A stretch of DNA of 59,818 bases, the filler included, from Sphacelaria rigidula (Eukaryota), in assembly GCA_964200075.2 (NCBI GenBank). It is 7 parts of 7 records of this genome, joined end to end, with 100 filler letters (N's around TTAATTAATTAA, not from the genome) between each part and the next. Parts side by side here need not be neighbours in the genome. Positions count along the whole stretch, not along the records: positions 42,801 to 51,259 come from CAXNAA020011069.1; positions 51,360 to 59,818 come from CAXNAA020011070.1; 5 more parts are not named here. One strand, 5' to 3'. Numbering within the stretch: position 1 is the stretch's first letter; the number at the start of each line of letters is the position of its first letter. The position numbers and the translations under genes are program-made. This document shows positions 49,111 through 59,818 of this stretch, one piece after another. The notes beneath the pieces were generated by a model. That model ran no database searches, was not told the origin of the DNA, and saw only the letters and a list, made by a program, of their open reading frames with translations.

Positions 49111-51416
49111 GAAATGACTTTCGTTGGGCAGTGTCATTTCTGTTCAATAATGAGGACGCCATATCTGTGAAGGTTTTTCGTCCAGACACACCGCAACTGT
49201 GAGATGATGCTCGATAGTATATGTTGCTCGATATCGAAGACGAGTGTTGAAGCCACAAGTTCAGTGGTGAAAAGGTGCTCAAGGCGCTGTGGGGAATGAA
49301 ATGATGATCATGAGCATTTTGCAATAGGGAAAGCGGCGGGGGGGCAATATCATCGACCCGATCGGTACCCAGGCCCCATTTTTCATGCCGATCTCTCAAC
49401 ATTTGTTCATGCCGATCAGCCAAAAACTGGGGGACGGTCGCCTCTAGGGACCATTGTTGTAGCCCCGCATTTCTTCCCCCATCGGCACGACAAAGTGCCG
49501 CGTTTCCTTCTATAGAGGCATGTGTGTGGAGGCGTTTTCATGTCAGTTGGTGTATATCAATGGTGGACAAGATAAAATCGAGATTCGTTTATGCCGATCG
49601 ACTCTTGAAGGGGGGCGATGTGCAAAAAAAGAGGTTGAAAAATTCGCAAGACGATGCAGATCGGTATTGAAAACAGCTCGAAAGAACGTGCGTACTGTGA
49701 GGATCCATTATTTTTTCTTCCCAAGGCTCGTATATGCCGATCGGCATGAAATTGCGTCCATGTGACCGTCGAAAAGGCTAATCGGCACTTTTTTGCCGAT
49801 GGGATGAAAATTCGGGTCGATTCCTATGGGTCTAAGGATACATCAGGGTGGCCGTTCGGAATAAGGATCTGTGAAAAAAATAGCTCGATGTAATCGTACG
49901 ACAACCCTACGTGGACCCTACGTGGATGCTCTGGCGCCGAAGCAATTGACATAACCTGTGTCACGCCTTCATCTTGGAGGTGATACAATCATATCTATCG
50001 TGGCGATGGGCTCGCGTCGGCCATAATACAGGTGAAATGAACGTCGGCGCCTTCCCTCCAGGCGGCCCGAAGAGTGTCAGGCTAAGAACATATGGATATG
50101 GCGCGCTAAGTTGTGCATAATGTCTGAACGAGTTGCGATTTTGCGTGACTTCCTCGGTGGAGGATATCGGCCCTGCGGTGCGAACTTAGCCAAGACCACT
50201 TCTGGAAATTTCTATAGCAAATTCGGTTCGGTCTTGGCGTACTAACTGCACAGTAAACTTCCCTCCCGTGCATTAATGGTTGCGCACGAACACCAACGCA
50301 CGATTCGCCCCGCAATTATTTCCATTCAACACCAGTTTCCCCTTTCTCGCAGGAATTCTTCCACAATGATACACGACGAAAATCAATTGCACATAAATTC
50401 TCGCGGAGATCTAAGAGCCACATGTTAGATGTGACAGTATCCAATTCAGCACCCTGTGCGGTCGCCAAGTTTGTAGGTCATACAAATGAGACCACAACAC
50501 TACCGTGTTTTAGTTACGGATGAGCACCGTCACTGCCGGAGGTGAGTCTCAAGAGCCGGGCTGTTGACACACAAACCCCAACTCTGCACCCGGGCGCCAA
50601 CTCTTGTTCAGCTATTGGACAACGGGTACGTCGCAATGGAACAACCCATGCTCCGCAACAGCGCTGCGAACGGCATCACCTTCAACAGCTTCAACACCTT
50701 CAACGCAGCTGTACCAAAAACATAGGCATCGCTAAGACACAGGTGGTAACGCAGCTCACATTGCCGTGTGCGCGATAAAATGTCGACATGTCCCGCACAC
50801 GATGTAGGAGTATGACGCTAGACCGATCTTCACAAATCAATACTACAAAACAGCAGCACGGGCAGCAGTCAAATGCTGGAAGAAATGGGACGTCTTGTGA
50901 GCCGCAACTCTCACACATGCGTGGTACCTTTGCTGCGCGCATTGTCGTGCTCAACTGCACTGCAACAAAGTGCAGGGCATCAGTGCAGCTAGGAGGGGAC
51001 TTGAGCCAGTCACATGCTGTGGTCGGCCTTCCAAGCTGCAGTGTGGCGCTGTGCAGGGGAGACGTTTAACCGTCAAAAAGGATGCTACTGCTCTTTGTAT
51101 ACAGCCTTTGCACTGTACGGTACAGAAGGGTACGCAGTGAGTACAGGCTATTTCCAGCGGGTTGAACCACCCATGACCTACGATCTTCTCCAGAGCTCGG
51201 GGAGCAAGATGCAGTTCGTAAATTAAGCACTTCCGATATACCATATACCTCCTTGGCCANNNNNNNNNNNNNNNNNNNNNNNNNNNNNNNNNNNNNNNNN
51301 NNNTTAATTAATTAANNNNNNNNNNNNNNNNNNNNNNNNNNNNNNNNNNNNNNNNNNNNGACACTGAGAGACCCCAGCCACTACATTAGCAATTCCCCTC
51401 CAGATGACATGCACCT

Positions 51417-51627
51417 TATAATGCGTGAGAGGACCGCGTGCTTAGAGGACCGCATCGGAATTTGAACACCCTTATGGCTAGGGTTAGGGTTAGGGTTAGT
51501 GTTGGGGTTAGGGTCAGGGGCATGGTACCTGCAGGGACTGGCCCGATTTGTTTCGAGAAGTGTCGATCCTGAGGTGTTTTGAACTACAGCGCGGTCCTCT
51601 AAGCACGCGGTCCTCTCACGCATTACA
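51417..51627. mobile_element. 211-bp MITE with 37-bp TIRs, 5-bp TSD (CACCT) and internal telomere-like repeats
   Basis: TIR T(A/G)TAATGCGTGAGAGGACCGCGTGCTTAGAGGACCGC at both ends; CACCT at 51412-51416 and 51628-51632; TTAGGG-like array at ~51478-51518. Confidence 0.88.
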
Positions 51628-53253
51628 CACCTAACGAATGCGGTTTACACGCGTGTCGATGACGATATCACCAGAGAGAGAAGCAACGACAGAGAGGAAG
51701 CTCCTCGCCTGTGTCCTTTGTGCGTCCTCGCTCGGTGATTACCCAAACTCTCGAGAGACGTGCATCATCGATGTCACCAACACGTGCCCAATTTTCCATG
51801 TGCCGAAACATGGAGCTGCGGAGAGATTTTCTCTCGTCTTACAATCGCCTGTCGAGCTCACGAATGCGAAGGTCGATTTCTCTCTGCCTCTTCTTTTGGA
51901 CAGGACGCGCCTCTGTGCGCTGAAAAACATGTCGTTGAAAAACAGGGCAATGTTCCCGTCACCGCTACTACTGTTCTCTGTCACACACATGCCAGGAAGG
52001 ACGGTGGTGCGACCACAACAAATATATTCAATTTGAACTTGGGAGGTGTTATTGATCATTGATTTTACTCACACGTGACCCTTGAGTGAATATGCTCACG
52101 CTCTGTCATGAACAAGATTGATGCAGGATGTAGTGCGGAACAAGTGGCATCAACCATGTTGCGGTTGCGGAGGATTAGGTGACAAATCAGAGGAATTATG
52201 GCTTATGACATAGGTTATGCGAGTACAAAATACTTCACGCGCAGACAAACGAACTAGGCATCGGCCCCATCAATCGGTCAGTTCTGGTTCTGGGTGCCCA
52301 CGGTCAAAGTGCCTCGCCCTGGGGGTTTGCATAAGTGTGTGCGGTGAGTGAGTTAGTGTGGTATTGAATGAGAGATATCGAGTGTGTGTTATTGTGTGAG
52401 TGAATTAGGTTGATTGGAATCTGAGTGAGTAAGCAGGGTGAAGAGAGATAATCAAAACGTGTTTATACTACTACTGTTACTTGCCTGAACCGGGCTACTG
52501 ACTACTGCTCATGCACTTGAGTGGTGTGGGCGCTTACACCTGCACCAGAGTGGTTTATCACGCTAGCAAAACAGATTTACCGCCTTCGCAGTTAGGTTTG
52601 AGATTGGAGAGAGTTTTAGCGAGAGGAGAGTTTATGTCGAAGAGTTTTTGAGAAAGAGGTGTGGAGGTTTTCAGGTTCGAGTAAAGGTTGAGCAAGGTTG
52701 ATAGTATAGATAGTTTTTAGTATGGAAAAGTATCACTCCCCCACGACCATGGAATTGTCTTATGACTTTGGCATGCATGATCATGGGTGCACGACGATGG
52801 AAGAGCGAGTAAGACATCTAACGAAGAGATAAACATAGTGCAGCAGACAATGAACTGTACACCGGTGATGCCTGCTAATACAGCACCGCAAGCACCGTTC
52901 CACAAATCCAACTCCCACCGTGTTTGCAGCAACGAAAGCATTCCACCTTGGACTAATGCCGAGATAGCCCCCCCACAAAAAGTGCACGGGAGACCGTGCG
53001 ACAAACCGGCTGCGATCCCACTATTGGGCTCGTTTGCTGCGATTCCGCCCACATGACCGGGTTGTAGCAGTCCGAAATCAGCTATAACGCCCACATGAGT
53101 CGCGTCGTGAAGCACGGAACCATCGCTAACGACATTTACGATCATCGCCTCCGTGCACGTTTTCGGCCGGTTCGGGGGGGGGGGGGGCTATCTCAGCAGC
53201 AGTCCTTGGGATAAAAAACTGCAACATCCACAGATGCCAGGGACAGCTTCGAT

Positions 53254-53898
53254 GTGTTTTACATCCAGATTTGTGCGTATTTCAAGAATGAAGACTGCTA
53301 TGACGCTTTGTCAGTTGATAACCCCATCAGAACACATCGTGAAAACGAGGAGGATTTGCGAGCATATTTCGGGAACGCAGCTGTTGACAAAGCCAAAAAG
53401 GCCATGAAATTAATTCTCGATAAGGTAACCCATCCCCTCTTAGTAAGGCACATCGATATGCTTGCGAACCCAAGCCAAGCATGGGGTTACATCGTCAAGT
53501 CCTACAGGATTCCAGCAGCCACGGCAATAGCCAAGTTGGAGTACGAGTGTCGAACGTTACAGATGGCTGGCGGTGAATTGCCGATGAAGTTTCTCATGCA
53601 GGCAGAGTTCATTTGCACGAAGCGCTCAGAATTCATTGTAGTTCTCTCGGACTCTGAGGCGAACAGGCATATTATTCGATGCCTTTTGTCAGAATACGAG
53701 CACGAACGCAGGAATTTATTAGCACTACGTGAGATAGGCGTAAAAGAGGTTACCCGCCAACTAGAAAATGCGTATGCTGAAGCACAATTGACAAGAGAGG
53801 GGCAAAAGACGAGCTTGAACTATGCAGTTTCCGCCTCTAGTACTAATGGTGGAAGGGGTCATGGTTCACCAGGCAGAAGGCAGAACGGCGGGGACTGA
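53254..53898 (+). pseudogene. Copia gag remnant
   Basis: NPSQAWGYIVKSY...KLEYECRTLQMAGGELPMKFL...IIRCLLSEYE resembles the Copia gag (UBN2/Retrotran_gag_2) pattern. Confidence 0.7.
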
Positions 53899-54919
53899 AT
53901 ATCCCACAATTCCAAAAATTGATACAACTAACACAGCATCTCTCCAAACCGCACCAATTTCCCACAACAATCCAGTTTCCATTCCAATCATGGCCCACAG
54001 CAACACTTCAGCGGTGGTCATGGTGGTCGAGGGGGATTGCATTCCCCGAGACAACACCAATGGCGACCGCACAGTCCATGGAACCGGTTGGGACCTGGCC
54101 GTGGTATGGTACACCAACCCAATCAACGAACCTACCAAATTCGTTGTCCATTCAACTGTCCTAATTCCCCTCCTCGCCTGCACCACGCCCAGCAGCACCA
54201 CACCCACCAACCAACATACACAGGCCCAGATCACCACCGTTTCTCAGGTAATCAGGGCCCAACACACCACCAATAATAATCCAACCACACAACCAGCCAT
54301 ATATCATCACAATCCCATTACCCGCATCCACAACACCAAATCCGCAACCATCCACTACAAGCCTACACCGTTCAGCAGATTGATCCCTCCCACCAGCACC
54401 ATGAAAGCATTGATAACTTTGTCTATGAGGACGATACTTTCAACGATGTCGGTTTTGCCCACACAGTACAGTACCATACCTCTCAACATCAACTGCAGCC
54501 GCAACCTACCACCATCACCGAACATCTCCCCTGCTACACATCACCTCCATCATCCATTTACCACTCACCACCATCTTCACAACACAACCGATCCAAACAC
54601 CATTCCTCATCGACTGCATCACAGACCTACTACTCATCACAACTTTCACCGCTAGACTAATCCCACCATGATTCTTCCCCCGCTGCACAACCACCATCAT
54701 CCTCGTCACTCTACCACGAGTATCCGACCAATATTTCCATCCGGTGAACCCCCATCAAACGTCAACTGCCGAGCTGCCGCGTGCTTTTAACCCTGGTGGT
54801 AATGTGTAAATGGGGCGCTCTGCCGCACCAGAAAATCAGTTTTCAGTTTGGGTGATTTTGATGGGAAGGGTGGGATATTGCATCAGATGAAAGCTCCACC
54901 TCTTTCTGATTCAGAAATA

Positions 54920-55260
54920 TGGATTGCAGACTCAGGTACATCGCACCACGTTACAGGCAACATGACCGACGTTTTCGGCACTCGTCCTCTCTAGTGGGGG
55001 TGGGGGAAGAGAAAGTTGTTCCAGGGGATGGTAAATTGCTACTGGTCAAGGCTGTAGGGAATCTGAAGTTGAGATTTTATCAAGCACGTGCGAACAACTC
55101 CCCCCATATTGATGCCGTGTGTGTACTGCGCACGGACGGTTATGTACTGGGAGGGATTCAGTTTAATGTTTTCTCCGTTCACCGGGCGCATAAGAGGCAA
55201 CGGGTAGTCTGTGATGGAAAAGGTATACATCTGTTCGACGGCAAGCTACGTTTCGACTAC
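54920..55260 (+). pseudogene. Copia aspartic protease remnant
   Basis: WIADSGTSHHVTGN at 54920, then in another frame GDGKLLLVKAVGNLKL...FNVFSV. Confidence 0.8.
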
Positions 55261-57767
55261 AATGACTGTTCATCACAATTTGCCACACCCCTGCCATCGA
55301 CCTACGGACAGCTTCTAGTAGTCACTCCTGTTGTCGCCACTGAGAGTGGCACTACATCCATCCCACAACAAGCTAGTGTTCGTAAGATTCCCACAGATTT
55401 CGCTTTCATTCCACAGCGAGTTGGTGTCAGTAAGATTCCCTCTGATACTGTTCCCCCTTTACCCTAAGCGATTGTCAGTGAGTGTCCCCTGGCTTCGGAT
55501 TCCACTCTACAGCGAGCTAATGTCAGTAAGATCCCCCCGAATTCTGCTTCTACCCCACAGCCTATGAGTGTCGACCAAAATTACCGCAAATATTCTGGTA
55601 CCCGGTTTTCAAGTGTTGTGGATTTGAGTGAGAGGAAGAGAAGGTACATGACACTGGCACCCAACCAACGACCCTACACGGATGGCCAATCACAACGTAA
55701 AATGGGCATCACTAACAGCGTCGCGTGGACGGTGTCTCGTCAGCAATTTCGCACAGCGGCGTCGCTCGACGGCGGGGGGGGGGAAGCAACATCGATCGTG
55801 TCGCCCACGCCGCCGGTATACCGACCCTATCGTCACCCTTCCCCATTACCGCATCACCACCGTTACCACCTACTACCACAGCTACACTTCCCATTCCTGC
55901 TCCTACAGCCCCGCGATTGATTCCCGCCCCAACAGTCCCGCGGTTGCACCACACGCGACAACCATCTTCATTCCCAGTCCGTTTATCATCGCCGACAACA
56001 CCGCAGTCGCCGCCACTACCACCTCCTCTGCCAACAACATCGCCAATAAGTTGACGACAACCGCTGCCGCTGCCGCTACCACCGACTCTGTCGGCTAAAA
56101 TCTTTTCACGAATGGCGCGGTGCCGTTCATATTGAGAAGGGGGGCGCGTAGGGATCCCCATGTGGTTGAGTGCGGACAGCCAACAAAGCGGGGGGGCAAC
56201 GAAGCAGGGGGGCACGAACATGGCATGGAAATACGGAGGAGCATATTGATTGAAATGGAGCACTGAGATGGGTTCAAAGTTTTCGACCAGAGGAGAAACG
56301 AAGAGGTCGGAGATAGATGTTGACATCTCCAGATTTCGAGTAGGTTTATACTTTGCATGATTTTCGTTCGAGGTTTGACACCTATCGGTTATGAATGAGA
56401 GTGCATTTATGCGACTACTGCCAAGCAGTGGTGATTAATTTGATGGGACATCAGACTTGCAGTAGTTGATGATTGGCATGCTTCACTGGGCATTTTAGGA
56501 TTCGTTGAGGATCATTTTCCGTGAAAAAACTGGCGAAAGTCTAGAATATTTTACCATTTAGGCTCAAGACTTTCATTTTGCGTGTAAACCTCGGCCAGAC
56601 CCTTTTGAACTGTATCGTATATTCGATCGTAGTTCCGTTCGAGTTTGATCGGACAAACCTCAGTTTCTAGTATCACCGAGATGCTAACGTGCCTCGATTT
56701 ATTTCTTCGTCTGCATTCAATTGGTGGAAAGAGTGCGAATGTTTTCCAAGAAACGCTATGGCCACGAAAGCAAGGGGGCAGAGGATTTGACAACGTGAAC
56801 CTTTTCTAAATTGAGATTTACATGGAATATATTCCCGCGAAGGGAGAGTGACATAGGTTTTGGGAAGCATATAATATTGGAGGCACTATTTTCTAGCTAG
56901 AATTTTGCTTTTTATATATTATTTTTGTGGATTTTGAGCATGACTCGAAATATTTTCATTTTTGTGCCGGATTGTCATTTTTCCACTTCGGTTTTCAAAG
57001 GTATAGGTTTTCAAGTCATGACTGAGCCATGAAATGGGGGGCTGATTGAATATGCTCACGCTCTGTCATGAACCAGGTTGATGTAGGATGTAGTGCGGAA
57101 CAAGTGGCATCAACCATGTTGCGGTTGCGGAGGATTAGGTAACCAATCAGAGGAATTATGGCTTATGACATAGGTTATGCGAGTACAATATACTTCACGC
57201 GCAGACAAACGAACTGGACATCGGCCCCATCAATCAGTCAGTTCTGGTTCTGGGTGCCCACGGTCAAAGTGCCTTGCTCTGGGGGTTTGCATAAGTGTGT
57301 GCGGTGAGTGAGTTAGTGTGGTATTGAATGAGAGATATCGAGTGTGTGTTATTGTGTGAGTAAATTAGGTTGATTAGAATCTGAGTGAGTAAGCAGGGTG
57401 AAGAGAGATAATCAAAACGTGATTATACTACTGTTACTTGCCTGAACCGGGCTACTGACTACTGCTCATGCACTTGAGTGGTGTGGGCGCTTACACCTGC
57501 ACGAGAGCGGTTTCTCAACCCTCTGGGTGCCCGACGAGAAAAACGTGCCACACGCCAGCTGAGGGGAACGTATGAGAGATCAAACACTTGTAGAGACCTT
57601 CTTGACATGCGGGGTGAAAAACGATACCTATGGTGGTGACCTAACTGTTGCTAGTGTGGCGCATAGGAGTCCGTCTATGCTGCAATCTGGAGCACACGCT
57701 GGTCGCGTGAACACCTCGGTACAGTACGAGTAGCTTTCCAGAATTATTCCGATGTGAGGAGGTCATG

Positions 57768-58548
57768 CATTACAAGCTGGGACGAGAGTGCTCTACGATC
57801 AACCTCTTGTCGTCGCATTTGAGACCCACGCCATCAACCGTCGACAGCAAAGGTCGTGTGGCTTTTACGCAACGCTGTCGGTAGTACGGTAGGCAAACCC
57901 GTTCATAGCTAGCTTTCGTTGCTACCGTACTTGCTCCCGACCGAAGTTCGCAACGGATATGAAAGCTAAACAGTTTGATTTTTCTCAACTTCATCCACCC
58001 AACTCAAACCACTCTCAAGACCTGAGGGAAGGTGACCGCCTCGGGTCCGGCTAAACACGAAATATACCGTCGAACAGCAATACCAAACGTTTCCGGGATT
58101 AGCATCAGGCAGTCCGTGGACAACGGAACATAAATCGACAAGTTACCGTTTGTATTAGAAACAATGCGCATGAAACGCTTTGCAGGTTGGAAAACACGCA
58201 TTTTCATGGAGAAGAAACTCTCCGTACCCCCATTAGTGTTGTATACGGTTGTAAAAACTCTACTGTCCTTCATTAATACCTGGCGGGGGGACAGGAAAGC
58301 CTCAGGTCTTGAGAGTCGTTTGAATTGGGTGGATGAAGTTAACTGTTTAGCTTCCATATCCGTTGCGAACTCCAGTCGGGAGTAAGTACGGTAGCAACGA
58401 AAGCTAGCTATGAACGGGTTTGCCTACCGTACTACCGACAGCGTTGCGTCAAAGCCACACGACCTTTGCTGTCGGCGGTTGATGGCGTGGGTCTCAAATG
58501 CAACGACAAGTGGTTCATCGTAGAGCACTTTCGTCCCAGCTTGTAATG
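57768..58548. repeat. Long inverted repeat (hairpin 1 of copy B)
   Basis: Arms 57768-58027 and 58300-58548 (about 12 mismatches and one 11-bp indel). The 272-bp loop is homologous to the loop of copy A. Confidence 0.95.
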
Positions 58549-59159
58549 GATGAAACAGCTTGGAATCGTTATTGAGGTTCAACATTTTCATGAGGTTCAA
58601 CGGACCATCGAAATTTCATTTACTTTGTTCAAAAGGCTCGGAAGTCGCAATCGGTTTCGACCATGTGCCCCTAACCCAGAAGTTGCAGCACTGGAGCGAA
58701 AGCATGATGGTGTGCAGTCCAACCGAAAAGCCGCCCGTATTCATTGTGCCGCATCTGTCGAGCAACCCTTGCGTCTAAGCGCTGCGGAACACGTAACAAA
58801 GCATGCTGAAAACATACTTCTTTGGACTAGTCATCGAGTTTTCCAGCGCCTTTTGTTGTGTATCTGAGAGATACTTCATACTGTTGCGCCGGCGACGACC
58901 GCCGTCAGCGAAACGATCCAATGCGGTGGCAGACGCCAACGATCTACGGAACACAGCGTCATTCAGCAGTAAGCTGAGATATACCATTACCACAGCACAG
59001 CATCACCACAGTACAGTGGTCGGTTGGATCGAATGGGTGCACCACGATAAAGCTGGAGACACACACAACGGGGGTGAGGGTTAGTCCGACGCCTGGGGTT
59101 GTTTCGCCGGTAGTGCCCATGCGAGGCGCTTCATCTAGTCTGAACCAGCTATCACGCCT

Positions 59160-59818
59160 TGTATGACCACCTCCGCCGTGGCTGTGTTGAGAACAGGTTT
59201 CGCGGTGGAGCTGTTGAACAACACTACTGTTGTAGTGCAACGCGCTTCAAAATTTCAAGCTGTTTCTTTTTCTTTTAAAAGCCGCGGCAGCTATAGTTTG
59301 AAATTCCCTTCTGACGGTTCCAAACGGGTGCTGATGCAGCGACGGAAAGCGCTGGCACCGTCATCCTGAGATGGGATTTGAGACAACCTCAGCGTTAGAA
59401 TTAGACCCCAGGGGAAGTCCGGAAATAACGGGTTGTTTTCTTGGAAAGCAGTCGTTCATTGTTGAACAGGTGTAAAGTTTTCGAGCAAGCAAATTTAGGT
59501 TTTGAACAAGGAAACATGTACTTACGATACCCCTGAAAACTGTTCTACATATTATTTCATTCCGAGCGATATTCACCAGATACCCCCACAGTTGTCTCAA
59601 ATACCATCTCAGGATGACGGTGCCAGCGCTTTCCGTCGCTGCATCAGCACCCGTTTGGAACCGTCAGAAGGGAATTTCAAACTACAGCTGCTGCGGCGTT
59701 TAAAAGAAAAAGAAACAGCTTGAAATTTTGAAGCGCGTTGCACTACAACAGTAGTGTTGTTCAACAGCTCCACCGCGAAACCTGTTCTCAACACAGCCAC
59801 GGCGGAGGTGGTCATACA
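59160..59818. repeat. Long inverted repeat (hairpin 2), right arm runs to contig end
   Basis: Arms 59160-59387 and 59591-59818, 4 mismatches in 228 bp, 203-bp loop. No evident similarity to hairpin 1. Confidence 0.92.

Larger units (their letters stand above)
52083..57517 (+). mobile_element. Non-autonomous Ty1/Copia LTR retrotransposon
   Basis: LTRs 52083-52560 and 57043-57517 (TG...CA, about 18 substitutions and one 3-bp indel), TSD ACCCT at 52078-52082 and 57518-57522, PPT GAAATGGGGGG before the 3' LTR. Confidence 0.93.
51410..59818 (+). mobile_element. Unclassified foldback-bearing element, copy B (interrupted by MITE and Copia; right end unknown)
   Basis: Homology to copy A is visible from TGCACCTAACGAATGCGG to ~58535. 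Inclusion of 58549-59818 is inferred from adjacency only. Confidence 0.7.

Noticed and set aside
51478-51518. True chromosome telomere
   Set aside because: Short, degenerate and enclosed by MITE TIRs with a TSD.
53822-54655. 277-aa Thr/His/Pro-rich ORF
   Set aside because: Low-complexity alternative frame inside the decayed Copia gag-protease linker.

Overview
Eukaryotic, intron- and transposon-rich DNA, probably a brown alga or related stramenopile (inferred from long introns, splice-site style and repeat content). The window is not one locus. It is seven contigs of 8461, 8461, 8460, 8459, 8459, 8459 and 8459 bp, sorted by length and joined by artificial 100-bp N44-TTAATTAATTAA-N44 linkers, so adjacency across linkers carries no meaning. 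Host genes: two head-to-head beta-tubulin genes (contig 1) and four exons of an ABCC10/MRP7-like ABC transporter (contig 3). Mobile DNA: a decayed chromodomain Ty3/Gypsy cluster, a near-full-length frameshifted RTE-like LINE plus 3' fragments, a non-autonomous Copia element with LTRs and TSD, a 407-bp TRIM, tRNA-derived SINEs and several MITE/foldback families. The most unusual structure is an unclassified dispersed element found in two independent contigs. It carries long foldback cassettes whose two arms are much more alike within a copy than between copies. Most ORFs in the supplied track are spurious.
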